A stretch of 63,435 nucleotides of DNA from Patescibacteria group bacterium (GCA_035626855.1 DASPMW010000106.1:1-63435); one strand, 5' to 3'. Counted from the first letter of the stretch, positions 16,717 to 25,099 are shown. Numbers and translations: made by a program. The notes: generated from the sequence alone by a model not told the origin.

Positions 16717-17670
16717 ATGAAAAAGAACCAGAAGACCCATCACACCAAGCCCGCGCCCGGCATAAAAAAAATCCCGAAACGCGGGACGCCGCGCGGCAAC
16801 ATCATTGTGATCGGCGGGCATGAGGATAAAGAGCAGGACAAAATCATCCTCGAGGAAATCGCAAAGCGCGCGGGCCGGGGCAAACTCATCGTCTCGACCA
16901 TGGCGAGCGAGGTCCCCGACCAGCAGTGGGAAGATTATCGCAAGGTGTTTCGCGAACTCGGCGTGAAGCGCGTGGAGCGCCTGGACATCCGCCAGCGCGA
17001 GGACATCATGGAAGACCCACGCACGGAAATCTTCGACGGCGCCAACGTCATGTTCTTCGCAGGGGGCGACCAGCTGAAAATCACCTCCAAAATCGGCGGC
17101 ACGCCGCTCTGCACCGCGATGCGCAAGATGTATCATGAAGGCGGCACCATCGCCGGCACCTCGTCGGGCGCCTCCGTCATGGGGGAAACGATGCTGATCG
17201 CGGGGCCGGGCGCCACCTCGCCCGAGCGCGAAACATCAGGGCGCATGGCGCCCGGGCTCGGTTTCCTGTCCGACGTCCTGATCGACCAGCATTTTGCCGA
17301 GCGCGGGCGCATCGGACGCCTGATGGGCGCAGTCGCGCTCAATCCGAGGGTGCTGGGCCTCGGCATCGACGAAGACACGGCGCTGATATTCGCCCGCGAT
17401 TTCTTTACCGTCGTCGGCAACGGCTCCGTCTACGTCATCGACGGCCGCGGCATGAAGCATTCCGGTTTCGCGCAGGATGAAGAGCAGGAAAAAATCTCGA
17501 TTTACGGCCTGAAACTGCACTTGCTTACGCAATCCGACAGGTTTCTGTTGAAAGACCGCCGCCCGGTGCCTGTCGGCCGCGACAATGTGGAAGCCGAGCT
17601 CAAGAGGCTCCGTCCCAAGCCGCGCGCCGCCCGCAAATCCTCCCCCACCAAAAAAAGGAAAAGCAAATGA
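16717..17670 (+). CDS. cphB: Cyanophycinase (peptidase S51)
   Basis: IIVIGGHEDK, FAGGDQ, AGTSSGA (Ser nucleophile), IDQHFAERGRIGRL, GIDEDT. Confidence 0.9.
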   Translation: MKKNQKTHHTKPAPGIKKIPKRGTPRGNIIVIGGHEDKEQDKIILEEIAKRAGRGKLIVSTMASEVPDQQWEDYRKVFRELGVKRVERLDIRQREDIMEDPRTEIFDGANVMFFAGGDQLKITSKIGGTPLCTAMRKMYHEGGTIAGTSSGASVMGETMLIAGPGATSPERETSGRMAPGLGFLSDVLIDQHFAERGRIGRLMGAVALNPRVLGLGIDEDTALIFARDFFTVVGNGSVYVIDGRGMKHSGFAQDEEQEKISIYGLKLHLLTQSDRFLLKDRRPVPVGRDNVEAELKRLRPKPRAARKSSPTKKRKSK

Positions 17671-17897
17671 CCAACAATAACCCGACGAACATGGAGTCCG
17701 GCAAGAACGCAGGACAGGAAACCGGCATCGAGAAAAACCAGCAAAAGAAATCCGCCCAATCGAACGGCGAGATCGAAAACAATGTCGAGAACGATCCCGG
17801 CGCGCAGAACTCCGGCGGCGATGAATCCATCAAAGGCATGGGCATGCGTAAATCATCGCAGACCGGCGTGAACAAGAGCAGCGATCATCCGGCCTGA
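17667..17897 (+). CDS. Small hydrophilic, probably disordered protein (76 aa)
   Basis: ATGA overlap with the cphB stop; rich in N/G/E/Q/S/K. Confidence 0.65.
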   Translation: MTNNNPTNMESGKNAGQETGIEKNQQKKSAQSNGEIENNVENDPGAQNSGGDESIKGMGMRKSSQTGVNKSSDHPA

Positions 17898-17927
17898 AGA
17901 TAGGTTGCGGCCGCGACGCCAGTCCTC

Positions 17928-18018
17928 GTCAAACCCGCAGAAGCGGGATCGACGGTGCTGACCCTAAGACCGCATTGCATGTTATAGGCTGTTGGATCCC
18001 CGCCTTCGCGGGGATGAC
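17928..18018. repeat. REP-like palindromic element (GTCAAACCCGCAGAAGCGGGATC...GGATCCCCGCCTTCGCGGGGATGAC)
   Basis: Two inverted CCCGC-NNNN-GCGGG hairpins with GTC/GAC ends, between convergent genes. Confidence 0.75.
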
Positions 18019-18048
18019 GGAATGACGAGGCCGGAAGCAGTCGCCCCG

Positions 18049-18945
18049 CTACGTCATCGAGGCCTTCCCGTCGCCATCGGTACGGCGCTCTTCCCTGCCC
18101 GTCTCTTCGCTTTTCTTGAGAAATACGGCAGGCTCGTCCATGTCGTCGGTCTGGTAGGCCACGGCGAAATGGGGACTGTTATGCGCCCAAGCCGGGTTTC
18201 CGTCGGAATCGAGTACGATGCCGCCCGCCTCGCCGTCGATACGCTCCAGTCGCTGCAGCGCGTAATCGATGGCATGCTGCACGGGCATCTGCTCCAGCCG
18301 GTGCATGACTTCAGCCGCCAGCATGGTGCGCGCGATATCCTCGCCCTCGCCCGACATGCACACGCCGCCCATCTTGTTATCGGCATAAAAACCGCACCCG
18401 GGCAGGGCTGAATCCCCGACGCGCCCCGGCGCGGCTTCTTCCAGCCCGCCTGTCGAAACGCCGGAAACGATATTGCCGTTCACATCGCGCGCGACGCAGC
18501 CGACGGTGTCGTGATTGCCGTCATTGCTCTCGCCCTGCGAAACCGCCGGCTCCATCTTTTTCTGTTTTGCGAAGGCTGTCGCATCCTCCCCGACCAGCAG
18601 GATGGGATCGTCGTTGAAGACCGCCTGCGCCACCTTGATGGGGTTCTTCACATCCATGATCGCCGCGACCGCGCCGATATTGAGCGTATCGCCGTCCATG
18701 ATCGAGGCATCCGTCTGCACCGAGCCGTCCTTGCGCTTCACGGCGCCCGCCCCGGCATTGAAGGTCGTATCATCCTCCAGCGCGCAGACGGCGGCCACCA
18801 CCGCGTCAAAGGCCGACCCGCCCGTGCGCAGGATGGCAGCCCCTGCCTCCAGCGCCGCCGCGACCCCCTTGCGGTTGTCTTCCTCTTCCTCCGGCTTGAT
18901 TTCCTTCGCGCCGCCGTGAACGATGATCGACCAATGCGATGTCAT
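18049..18945 (-). CDS. iaaA: Isoaspartyl peptidase / L-asparaginase (Ntn hydrolase, IaaA-like)
   Basis: IIVHGGA, LEDDTTFNAG, HD|TVGCVARD (Thr nucleophile), STGG, GRVGDS. Confidence 0.9.
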   Translation of the reverse strand: MTSHWSIIVHGGAKEIKPEEEEDNRKGVAAALEAGAAILRTGGSAFDAVVAAVCALEDDTTFNAGAGAVKRKDGSVQTDASIMDGDTLNIGAVAAIMDVKNPIKVAQAVFNDDPILLVGEDATAFAKQKKMEPAVSQGESNDGNHDTVGCVARDVNGNIVSGVSTGGLEEAAPGRVGDSALPGCGFYADNKMGGVCMSGEGEDIARTMLAAEVMHRLEQMPVQHAIDYALQRLERIDGEAGGIVLDSDGNPAWAHNSPHFAVAYQTDDMDEPAVFLKKSEETGREERRTDGDGKASMT

Positions 18946-18993
18946 GGGTTACTCCTGTTCCGCCGGATAACACCGGGCTGTTCCGATAGCGTC

Positions 18994-19018
18994 AATGCGC
19001 TGCCGGGCCACAAGTTCC
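18994..19018 (-). promoter_or_regulatory. EcfG-type promoter GGAAC-N16-CATT (iaaA)
   Basis: Minus-strand motif 49 nt upstream of the iaaA ATG. Confidence 0.6.
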
Positions 19019-19042
19019 AAGGCGGGGGATTGATATAAAAGA

Positions 19043-19606
19043 CTATTCGCCGACAGTCTTGCTGTGCAGGGAGCACAGATGCGCCATCGAATCCTGCGGA
19101 TCCTGCGTGAATCCCGATTTCGGGTAGGCGCAGAACAGCGGCAGGTTTTCGCGGCGGCAAAGTTCGGTCCACAGGTGCTCGAGGCGCACCGTGGCCGCGC
19201 ACTGCCCCTGCGCCCACATCAGCGCGACCATCTCGCCAAAGGCGCGTACCTTGCGGCCCTTGGCCCCTGCACGGCGCAGCGTATCGGTCACAACGGTCTG
19301 AAACTTCTCTTCATCCGGCCAGTCGTTGACCATGAATTTGCCAATGGTTTCCTGCGCATCCAGCAGCACAAGCTGCTCGTTGTCGATGTAGAAGGACAGG
19401 TCGAGGTTTTGCGCCGTCAGGCGGCGCTCCAGCTCATGCTGGTGCGCGAGGGTTACGATCGCAATGACCCCCTCCCCCTTTACGAGACCGTCATGCACGA
19501 AACTGGAAAGGGTGTCGAGGAAGGCGCTTTCCTTCTCGTAAACCTGGACAAAATGCTCAAAAGCCGACATTTCGCCCCAGAAGGCGGTATATGGACGCTC
19601 GATCAT
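19043..19606 (-). CDS. Stand-alone MEDS domain protein
   Basis: HFVQVYE, LLDAQETI, VRAFGEMVALMW, VRLEHLW, LFCAYP match the MEDS pattern. Confidence 0.85.
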   Translation of the reverse strand: MIERPYTAFWGEMSAFEHFVQVYEKESAFLDTLSSFVHDGLVKGEGVIAIVTLAHQHELERRLTAQNLDLSFYIDNEQLVLLDAQETIGKFMVNDWPDEEKFQTVVTDTLRRAGAKGRKVRAFGEMVALMWAQGQCAATVRLEHLWTELCRRENLPLFCAYPKSGFTQDPQDSMAHLCSLHSKTVGE

Positions 19607-19661
19607 GTGTTCTGCTCCCGTAGGTTAACATAACACGATGTGTCACGTCTTAATGCTTGCA

Positions 19662-19686
19662 AACGCCTACCACATTATCCGGTTCC
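19662..19686 (-). promoter_or_regulatory. EcfG promoter GGAAC-N16-CGTT (MEDS gene)
   Basis: Exact motif on the minus strand. Confidence 0.75.
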
Positions 19687-19740
19687 CGGATTTCCCTTAT
19701 TCGGCGAAATATCGCCGGTTCACCCGGTTATGAACCGGCG

Positions 19741-20049
19741 CTAAACAGTCGTGATTTTCTGGCACAGGATGAGGATCTTCTTCTGCCCGAAACCGGCTTC
19801 CAGTTCGCGCCGGTAGCCCTGCCACCATTTTTTGTTCAGCCGCTTTACCATCACTTCAAAAATGACAATCTGGTCGCGCTCGAGTTTTTTTCCGGCGGGC
19901 TTCCACAATCCTTCTGCGGGCGCGCGCGTAAAGGCGGTCAGCCCGCCAAAGCGGCGGGTGAGCAGGTCCTTCGTCTCGCCAAATTTGGTTTTAGCGATGC
20001 GCCGGCCGGCGCTGTCGCGCAAGGGAAGAAATATCTGGACCAGGTACAC
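19741..20049 (-). CDS. Conserved hypothetical protein (102 aa)
   Basis: MYLVQIFLPLRD...RFGGLTAFTRAPAEGLW...IVIFEVM...WWQGYRRELEAGFGQ; co-oriented with the upstream heme-binding gene. Confidence 0.7.
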   Translation of the reverse strand: MYLVQIFLPLRDSAGRRIAKTKFGETKDLLTRRFGGLTAFTRAPAEGLWKPAGKKLERDQIVIFEVMVKRLNKKWWQGYRRELEAGFGQKKILILCQKITTV

Positions 20050-20078
20050 TTTGCAGGCCTCGTTAAGGAAGACCGGTG

Positions 20079-20846
20079 CTACTGCGGCTTCACCGCCGGC
20101 AGCTTTTGCACAGGCGACAATTTAGCGGCGAGGTCATGCTCGCGTCCGCCGCAGGCGGGATGGCCAAAGCCGCCCGCGCTTTTGCCGTCCGTAATGTCGA
20201 AGATGATGGCATCGCTGCCGTTCGCGGCCACGCCCTTCGGCACGAAATCGAGCTTCAGCGCGTTGCGCGCGCGCCAGGCGATGTTGTGGTCGGCGCAGGA
20301 GGTGTCGCCCGACACGCCGAGGCCGCCGACGATCTCGCCCTTTTCATTGTAAAGGGCAAGGCCGCCACCGAAAACGTTCACGCCGCCGATTTTCTCGCCG
20401 ACCAGCGCGTCGCTGTTGGAGCCGTATTGGGGCGCGTCGCCCGCATAGGCCGCCGTGACGTTCACAGGGTTGCTTTCCTGCAGCCCGAACAGGGGCCCGC
20501 CCGGCTGCGTCGCCGAATAAAGATTGGCGGTCGAGAGCGACAGGCCCTTGAGGCTGAAGGCATTCGCGGTATTCGCCTTCTGCGCCGAAATGACACGGCT
20601 GCCCGGCCACTGCGCATCGACCGCATCGCCGGTATAGGCAACCGCGCAGACGGTGCCAGCGCGATCAACGACGGTGCCCCACATATCGAGGTTCAGCCCG
20701 CCATTATCCTCCTTGCGCGCCTGGCTCAGCGCCGCTTTCAACGCCTCATGATCCGGCAGCGCTGCGCAGTTATCGGCGGCAGCAGCAGGAGATGCAAAAA
20801 GGGCGAGCATAAAGGCGGCAGAAACAAGGCGGGTCGCGTTCGTCAT
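20079..20846 (-). CDS. Secreted GlcG/HbpS-like heme-binding protein
   Basis: Signal peptide; SRVISAQKANTANAFS, LSTANL, GGGLALY, VGGLGVSGDTSCADH. Confidence 0.75.
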   Translation of the reverse strand: MTNATRLVSAAFMLALFASPAAAADNCAALPDHEALKAALSQARKEDNGGLNLDMWGTVVDRAGTVCAVAYTGDAVDAQWPGSRVISAQKANTANAFSLKGLSLSTANLYSATQPGGPLFGLQESNPVNVTAAYAGDAPQYGSNSDALVGEKIGGVNVFGGGLALYNEKGEIVGGLGVSGDTSCADHNIAWRARNALKLDFVPKGVAANGSDAIIFDITDGKSAGGFGHPACGGREHDLAAKLSPVQKLPAVKPQ

Positions 20847-20965
20847 GATTTTTCCTTGGAATCGTGGAGGGAGGAAGAGTTGATGCGCAGCGAACAGCCT
20901 AACGCTGTACGCGGTGATTGAACAGCCTCTCTGTTCGCTCATCCGATGGAATTGGGGGGATGTGG

Positions 20966-21484
20966 TTAGAGCAGCCGCTCCGCCTCTTCGGCATCCGGCA
21001 ATTTACCGGCGGGCGTCAGGCTGTCGATGGCATCGGGCAGCGTCTGGCTCAGGCCTTCCAGCAGCTCGGCGCGGCTCTTGCCGGTCTGCACCATCAGCCA
21101 TTCGATGCGCGATTCTCCGAGCGCGCGTTCGAGCTCGCGCGTGGAGATTTCCTTGTTTTCGCCCGTGCCGATCCAGCTTTGCACGCGGTCTGCATAGGGA
21201 GTTTGCTGGAAGCGCGCGACGAGGTCGGCGAGCCCTTCGGCCAGTGCGCCGCCCGACAATGCATGCCGCACCGGCACCTGGATCGCGCGCGAGGACGGTT
21301 CGCGGAAGCCGTCCGCGCCGCCGATACCCGTCATGTCGGCGAGCCGGCCCTTGCCCTTCATCGTGCGATAGGCGAGCAGCGCGAGGAGCGCCTTGGTGCT
21401 GAACGACATACCGCCGCCCGCACCGCGCATCATGCCCGGCTGGAAACCGCCGCGACCACCTACCATGCCATCGAGAAAACCCAT
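20966..21484 (-). CDS. YidB/DUF937 family protein
   Basis: LADLVARFQ...VQSWIGTGENKEIS...LSQTLPDAIDSLTPAGKLP; AGGAG RBS at MGFLDG. Confidence 0.85.
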   Translation of the reverse strand: MGFLDGMVGGRGGFQPGMMRGAGGGMSFSTKALLALLAYRTMKGKGRLADMTGIGGADGFREPSSRAIQVPVRHALSGGALAEGLADLVARFQQTPYADRVQSWIGTGENKEISTRELERALGESRIEWLMVQTGKSRAELLEGLSQTLPDAIDSLTPAGKLPDAEEAERLL

Positions 21485-21532
21485 TTTCCGCTCCTGAAAT
21501 TCACACCCTTTAAGCACCCGGGATTATGTACG

Positions 21533-21557
21533 AACGACAGAAAAACCGTCTTGTTCC
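21533..21557 (-). promoter_or_regulatory. EcfG promoter GGAAC-N16-CGTT (yidB-like gene)
   Basis: Exact motif on the minus strand. Confidence 0.78.
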
Positions 21558-21691
21558 TGTATTGCCTGTCTGGGCGGCATTTGCACAGGAGCCAGCCGCG
21601 ATTTGCGCACAGCGTCTTTTTTAAATACTGAAACATTTCAATGACTTAAAAACAGAGCGTTGCAGGTTTTTCGGTCCCCGGTTTCGTTGTA

Positions 21692-21704
21692 TATCAATGA
21701 CTTG
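21692..21704. promoter_or_regulatory. IHF-consensus site TATCAATGACTTG (related copies at 21636-21648 and 14121-14133)
   Basis: Matches WATCAANNNNTTR exactly; the other two copies have one mismatch. Confidence 0.5.
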
Positions 21705-21855
21705 CGAAGGAGAGGTGCAGGATCCACGGCGATATGCCTATATAAACTGTCCGGATGCTAAAGTATTCTATTTATTCGCAAATACTGGATAGGTTTGACG
21801 TATTGCGCAGCGGGTGCGAGGATGGCTTACAAACAGGAAAAAGGACAATTTGCGG

Positions 21856-22683
21856 ATGAAAAATTTTCCCGGCACCCTCGCCGGTCTCGTTGAAAAAGCA
21901 AAAGCGGCCACCGCCAGCGAAAGCGCCGCGCTCACAACGCTTCATTCGCTCGACCTCACCAGCCTGAACGACACCGACACCCCCGCCGTGATCGACACGC
22001 TCATCGCAAAAGCGGATCAGGGAAAACTCGGCCATGTCGCGGCGACTTGCGTCTATCCGCAGTTCCTCACGCAAACCTTTAATGCCACTGCGAAAAAGGG
22101 CATCGCGCGCGCGACTGTCATCAATTTTCCAAGCGGCCATGGCACGCCCGACCAGACGGCGGCAGACACGAGAACAGCAATAAAATCAGGCGCAAATGAA
22201 ATCGACATCGTGCTCGATCATGAGGCGTTTCTATCGGGCAATAGCGAAAAAGCCGCGCAGTTGCTGCGTTCCTGCCGCGACGCCTGCGGCCCCGACGTAA
22301 AGCTCAAAGTGATTTTAGAAAGCAGCGCCTTCACCGATTACAAGGATCTCTACGCCGCCTCCGTCCTCGCGCTCGACGCAGGCGCCGATTTTTTAAAGAC
22401 ATCGACCGGCAAGCACGCCACCGGTGGCGCCTCGCTCGACGCCGTCGCCACCATGCTCCAATCGATCAGGGACACCGGTTTCGATGCCGGCGTAAAGGTC
22501 TCGGGCGGCGTTAAAACCGTGACGGACGGCGCGCAATACATCGCCCTCACCGAAAGCATGATGGGCGGCGACTGGATCCGCCCTGAAAAATTCCGCATCG
22601 GCGCAAGCGGTGTGCTGACCGATATCCTGAAAACGCTGGGACAGAGTGCAGGCCCTCCGCCCGCCATGCCGCCGGTTTATTAG
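21856..22683 (+). CDS. deoC: Deoxyribose-phosphate aldolase
   Basis: LDLTSL, ATVINFP, GANEIDIV, DFLKTSTGK, GVKVSGGV, RIGASG. Confidence 0.95.
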   Translation: MKNFPGTLAGLVEKAKAATASESAALTTLHSLDLTSLNDTDTPAVIDTLIAKADQGKLGHVAATCVYPQFLTQTFNATAKKGIARATVINFPSGHGTPDQTAADTRTAIKSGANEIDIVLDHEAFLSGNSEKAAQLLRSCRDACGPDVKLKVILESSAFTDYKDLYAASVLALDAGADFLKTSTGKHATGGASLDAVATMLQSIRDTGFDAGVKVSGGVKTVTDGAQYIALTESMMGGDWIRPEKFRIGASGVLTDILKTLGQSAGPPPAMPPVY

Positions 22684-22758
22684 CCGCCTAACTCCCTGAT
22701 TTTGCGTTGTCAATGAATATTTGTATCGTTTTTGTTCTGTTTTGTTCTTGAAAGAACA

Positions 22759-22773
22759 GAACGGAACCGGTAC
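22759..22773 (+). promoter_or_regulatory. LexA/SOS box GAAC-N7-GTAC upstream of recA
   Basis: gaac-ggaaccg-gtac, the alphaproteobacterial type; extra GTTC/GAAC half-sites at 22734-22767. Confidence 0.7.
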
Positions 22774-22838
22774 ATTTAATCATGAGATTCGTTTTCGGAA
22801 TGAAGTTGAACAACGCGAAGAAAAAGGGGTAAACCACA

Positions 22839-23972
22839 ATGGCATCTGTTACCGCACTGCGTCCTGAAGGGAAAAACGATATGAACGCCGCTGAAAAGCA
22901 AAAGGCGCTGGAGGCCGCGCTCGGCCAGATTGAACGCGCGTTCGGCAAGGGCTCGATCATGAAGCTCGGCTCGGATGCGAAGCAGGAAGTCGAAGTCATT
23001 TCGACCGGCTCCGTCGGCCTTGACCTCGCGCTCGGCATCGGCGGCCTGCCCCGCGGCCGCATCATTGAAATCTACGGGCCGGAAAGCTCGGGCAAGACCA
23101 CGCTGGCGCTGCAGGTCATCGCGGCCGCGCAGAAGGCGGGCGGCCAGTGCGCGATCATCGACGCGGAACATGCGCTGGATCCCTCCTACGCCAAGAAACT
23201 CGGCTGCGACATCGAGGGGCTCCTCGTCTCCCAGCCCGATTGCGGCGAACAGGCGCTTGAAATCGCCGATACCCTCGTGCGCTCGGGCTCGCTCGACGTA
23301 CTCGTCGTCGACTCGGTCGCGGCGCTCGTGCCCCGCGCCGAACTTGAAGGCGAGATGGGCGACAGCCATATGGGCCTGCAGGCCCGCCTGATGAGCCAGG
23401 CGCTCCGCAAGCTGACCGGCACGATTTCCAAATCGCGCACGATCGTCATCTTCATCAACCAGATCCGCATGAAGATCGGCGTCATGTTCGGCTCGCCCGA
23501 AACGACGACGGGCGGCAACGCGCTGAAATTCTACGCCTCCGTGCGCCTCGACATCCGCCGCATCGGTTCCCTGAAGGACAAGGAAACCGTGGTCGGCAAC
23601 CAGACCAAGGTGAAGGTCGTCAAGAACAAGCTGGCGCCCCCCTTCCGCGTCGTCGAATTCGACATCATGTACGGCGAAGGCATTTCGAAAGAGGGCGAGA
23701 TCATCGACCTCGGCGTGAATGCCGGCATCGTGGAAAAATCCGGCGCATGGTTCGCGTTTGACGGCGAGCGCATCGGCCAAGGCCGCGAGAACACCCGCAA
23801 ATACCTGAAGGAAAACCCGAAGGTCGCCGAAGCAATCGAGCGCAAGCTGCGCGAGAACGCGGGCGTGGTCGCCAACACCATGCTGCAGGGCTCTGAAGAA
23901 ACAAACGACGACGGCGATGACGATGCGCCGGCCGCGTCTTCCAAAGCGAAAAAAGGGAAAGCCGAAGACTAA
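22839..23972 (+). CDS. recA: Recombinase RecA
   Basis: [47 protein letters not shown]. Confidence 0.99.
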   Translation: MASVTALRPEGKNDMNAAEKQKALEAALGQIERAFGKGSIMKLGSDAKQEVEVISTGSVGLDLALGIGGLPRGRIIEIYGPESSGKTTLALQVIAAAQKAGGQCAIIDAEHALDPSYAKKLGCDIEGLLVSQPDCGEQALEIADTLVRSGSLDVLVVDSVAALVPRAELEGEMGDSHMGLQARLMSQALRKLTGTISKSRTIVIFINQIRMKIGVMFGSPETTTGGNALKFYASVRLDIRRIGSLKDKETVVGNQTKVKVVKNKLAPPFRVVEFDIMYGEGISKEGEIIDLGVNAGIVEKSGAWFAFDGERIGQGRENTRKYLKENPKVAEAIERKLRENAGVVANTMLQGSEETNDDGDDDAPAASSKAKKGKAED

Positions 23973-24030
23973 CCCCTGACGACCCCAACGAGATTATCTC
24001 TCGTAGCCATTGCTTTCCCTTTGACCCCGA

Positions 24031-24062
24031 AAGGCCCGCCTTCTTCCCGAGGCGGGCCTTTT
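24031..24062 (+). terminator. Rho-independent terminator after recA
   Basis: aaggcccgcc-loop-ggcgggcctttt. Confidence 0.75.
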
Positions 24063-24075
24063 ACTTTCGCCCAGG

Positions 24076-24110
24076 AAAAAAAGCCCGCCGGTTTCCCGGC
24101 GGGCTTTTTT
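24076..24110. terminator. Bidirectional terminator
   Basis: aaaaaaagcccgccgg-tttc-ccggcgggctttttt. Confidence 0.8.
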
Positions 24111-24126
24111 GTGCTCGTGATATGCC

Positions 24127-24480
24127 TCAGTCGCTGCCGGACTTGTCGCTGCCGCCATGGTCGTCATCATGGTCGCCTTTATGGTGATCATCATCGTGAT
24201 CGCCGGATTTGCCATGGTTATGGTCGTCGTGCTTGGCCTTCATATCTTTATGGGCCGCTTTCATTTCTTCCAGCGTGACAGAGCCATCGCCGTTGGCATC
24301 CGCTTCCTTGAACATCTTGTTGCCGAAAGCGTCATGTTCGCCCTGGGTCAGCTTGCCGTCGCCGTCTTTGTCCATTTTCTTGAACCAGGCGTCGGTTTTG
24401 CCGTCCATATGCTTGTCGCAGGCCAGCGCGGGCTGCGCCGCCATCAAAACCGCTAGCGCGGCGAGAGCGAAGTATTTCAT
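24127..24480 (-). CDS. Secreted EF-hand protein with His/Asp-rich tail
   Basis: Signal peptide; DKDGDGKLTQGE and DANGDGSVTLEE loops; HDDHNH...DHDDDHH tail; GGAGA RBS before ATG 24480. Confidence 0.85.
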   Translation of the reverse strand: MKYFALAALAVLMAAQPALACDKHMDGKTDAWFKKMDKDGDGKLTQGEHDAFGNKMFKEADANGDGSVTLEEMKAAHKDMKAKHDDHNHGKSGDHDDDHHKGDHDDDHGGSDKSGSD

Positions 24481-24520
24481 ACATGTCTCCATAAAAGGTC
24501 GTTTCCAACTTACAAGCGAT

Positions 24521-24545
24521 AACGCCCCCACGCGCCAAGCGTTCC
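24521..24545 (-). promoter_or_regulatory. EcfG promoter GGAAC-N16-CGTT (EF-hand gene)
   Basis: Exact motif 41 nt upstream of the ATG. Confidence 0.75.
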
Positions 24546-24581
24546 CGCGCTCGGAAAGAAATCCGCGGGCGCGCTGTCGTC

Positions 24582-25046
24582 TTATAGGCGTTTTTTAGAA
24601 AAAGAAGCGGCCTTCGGCGCGGCGACCGGCTTTTCCAGCTTTGCCATCTGCTGCGCCGTGTCGGCGAGGCTCTGCTGGCGCAGCGCGACATAGTGCTGAT
24701 ATTCGCCATCGAGAGCCTGCTCTATCGCGCGAACATCCGGCCGCCACTTTTCCGGCGCCTCGAAAGTCAGGCGATGCACCTCCGCGAGCGTCAGGCTGAA
24801 AAGCCGCCTGTTGCTGCCGGTGTCACCATGTTGGCTTTCGTGCGTGCTGTGGACCTCAATATCGGCAACGACTTTTTCTGCCCAAGGGTCGTAGCTGTAA
24901 CCCGCGAGTGTAATGGCGTCGATGGTTTTGGACGGACCGACCGAGATAGCGCTATCAAAGCCGCTCTTCAACTCGCGGATGACGTCAGCCACCGCGTCAG
25001 CGGCCTGTGCGGAAAATTCGTCGCTGAGCGAAGCAACCGGAGTCAT
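24582..25046 (-). CDS. Hypothetical protein (154 aa) with basic C-terminal tail
   Basis: Clean ORF between co-oriented genes; no recognised family. Confidence 0.6.
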   Translation of the reverse strand: MTPVASLSDEFSAQAADAVADVIRELKSGFDSAISVGPSKTIDAITLAGYSYDPWAEKVVADIEVHSTHESQHGDTGSNRRLFSLTLAEVHRLTFEAPEKWRPDVRAIEQALDGEYQHYVALRQQSLADTAQQMAKLEKPVAAPKAASFSKKRL

Positions 25047-25099
25047 TGGAGTGCCCTATTCGAATATCCAATTTTACCCCTCCCGTCATCTTATGTCAA

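Noticed and set aside
20890-20940. GAACAGCCT direct repeat inside a GCGAACAG/CTGTTCGC inverted repeat upstream of the heme-binding gene
   Set aside because: Short, no match to the EcfG spacing or a known operator; could be a simple terminator for the yidB-like gene.
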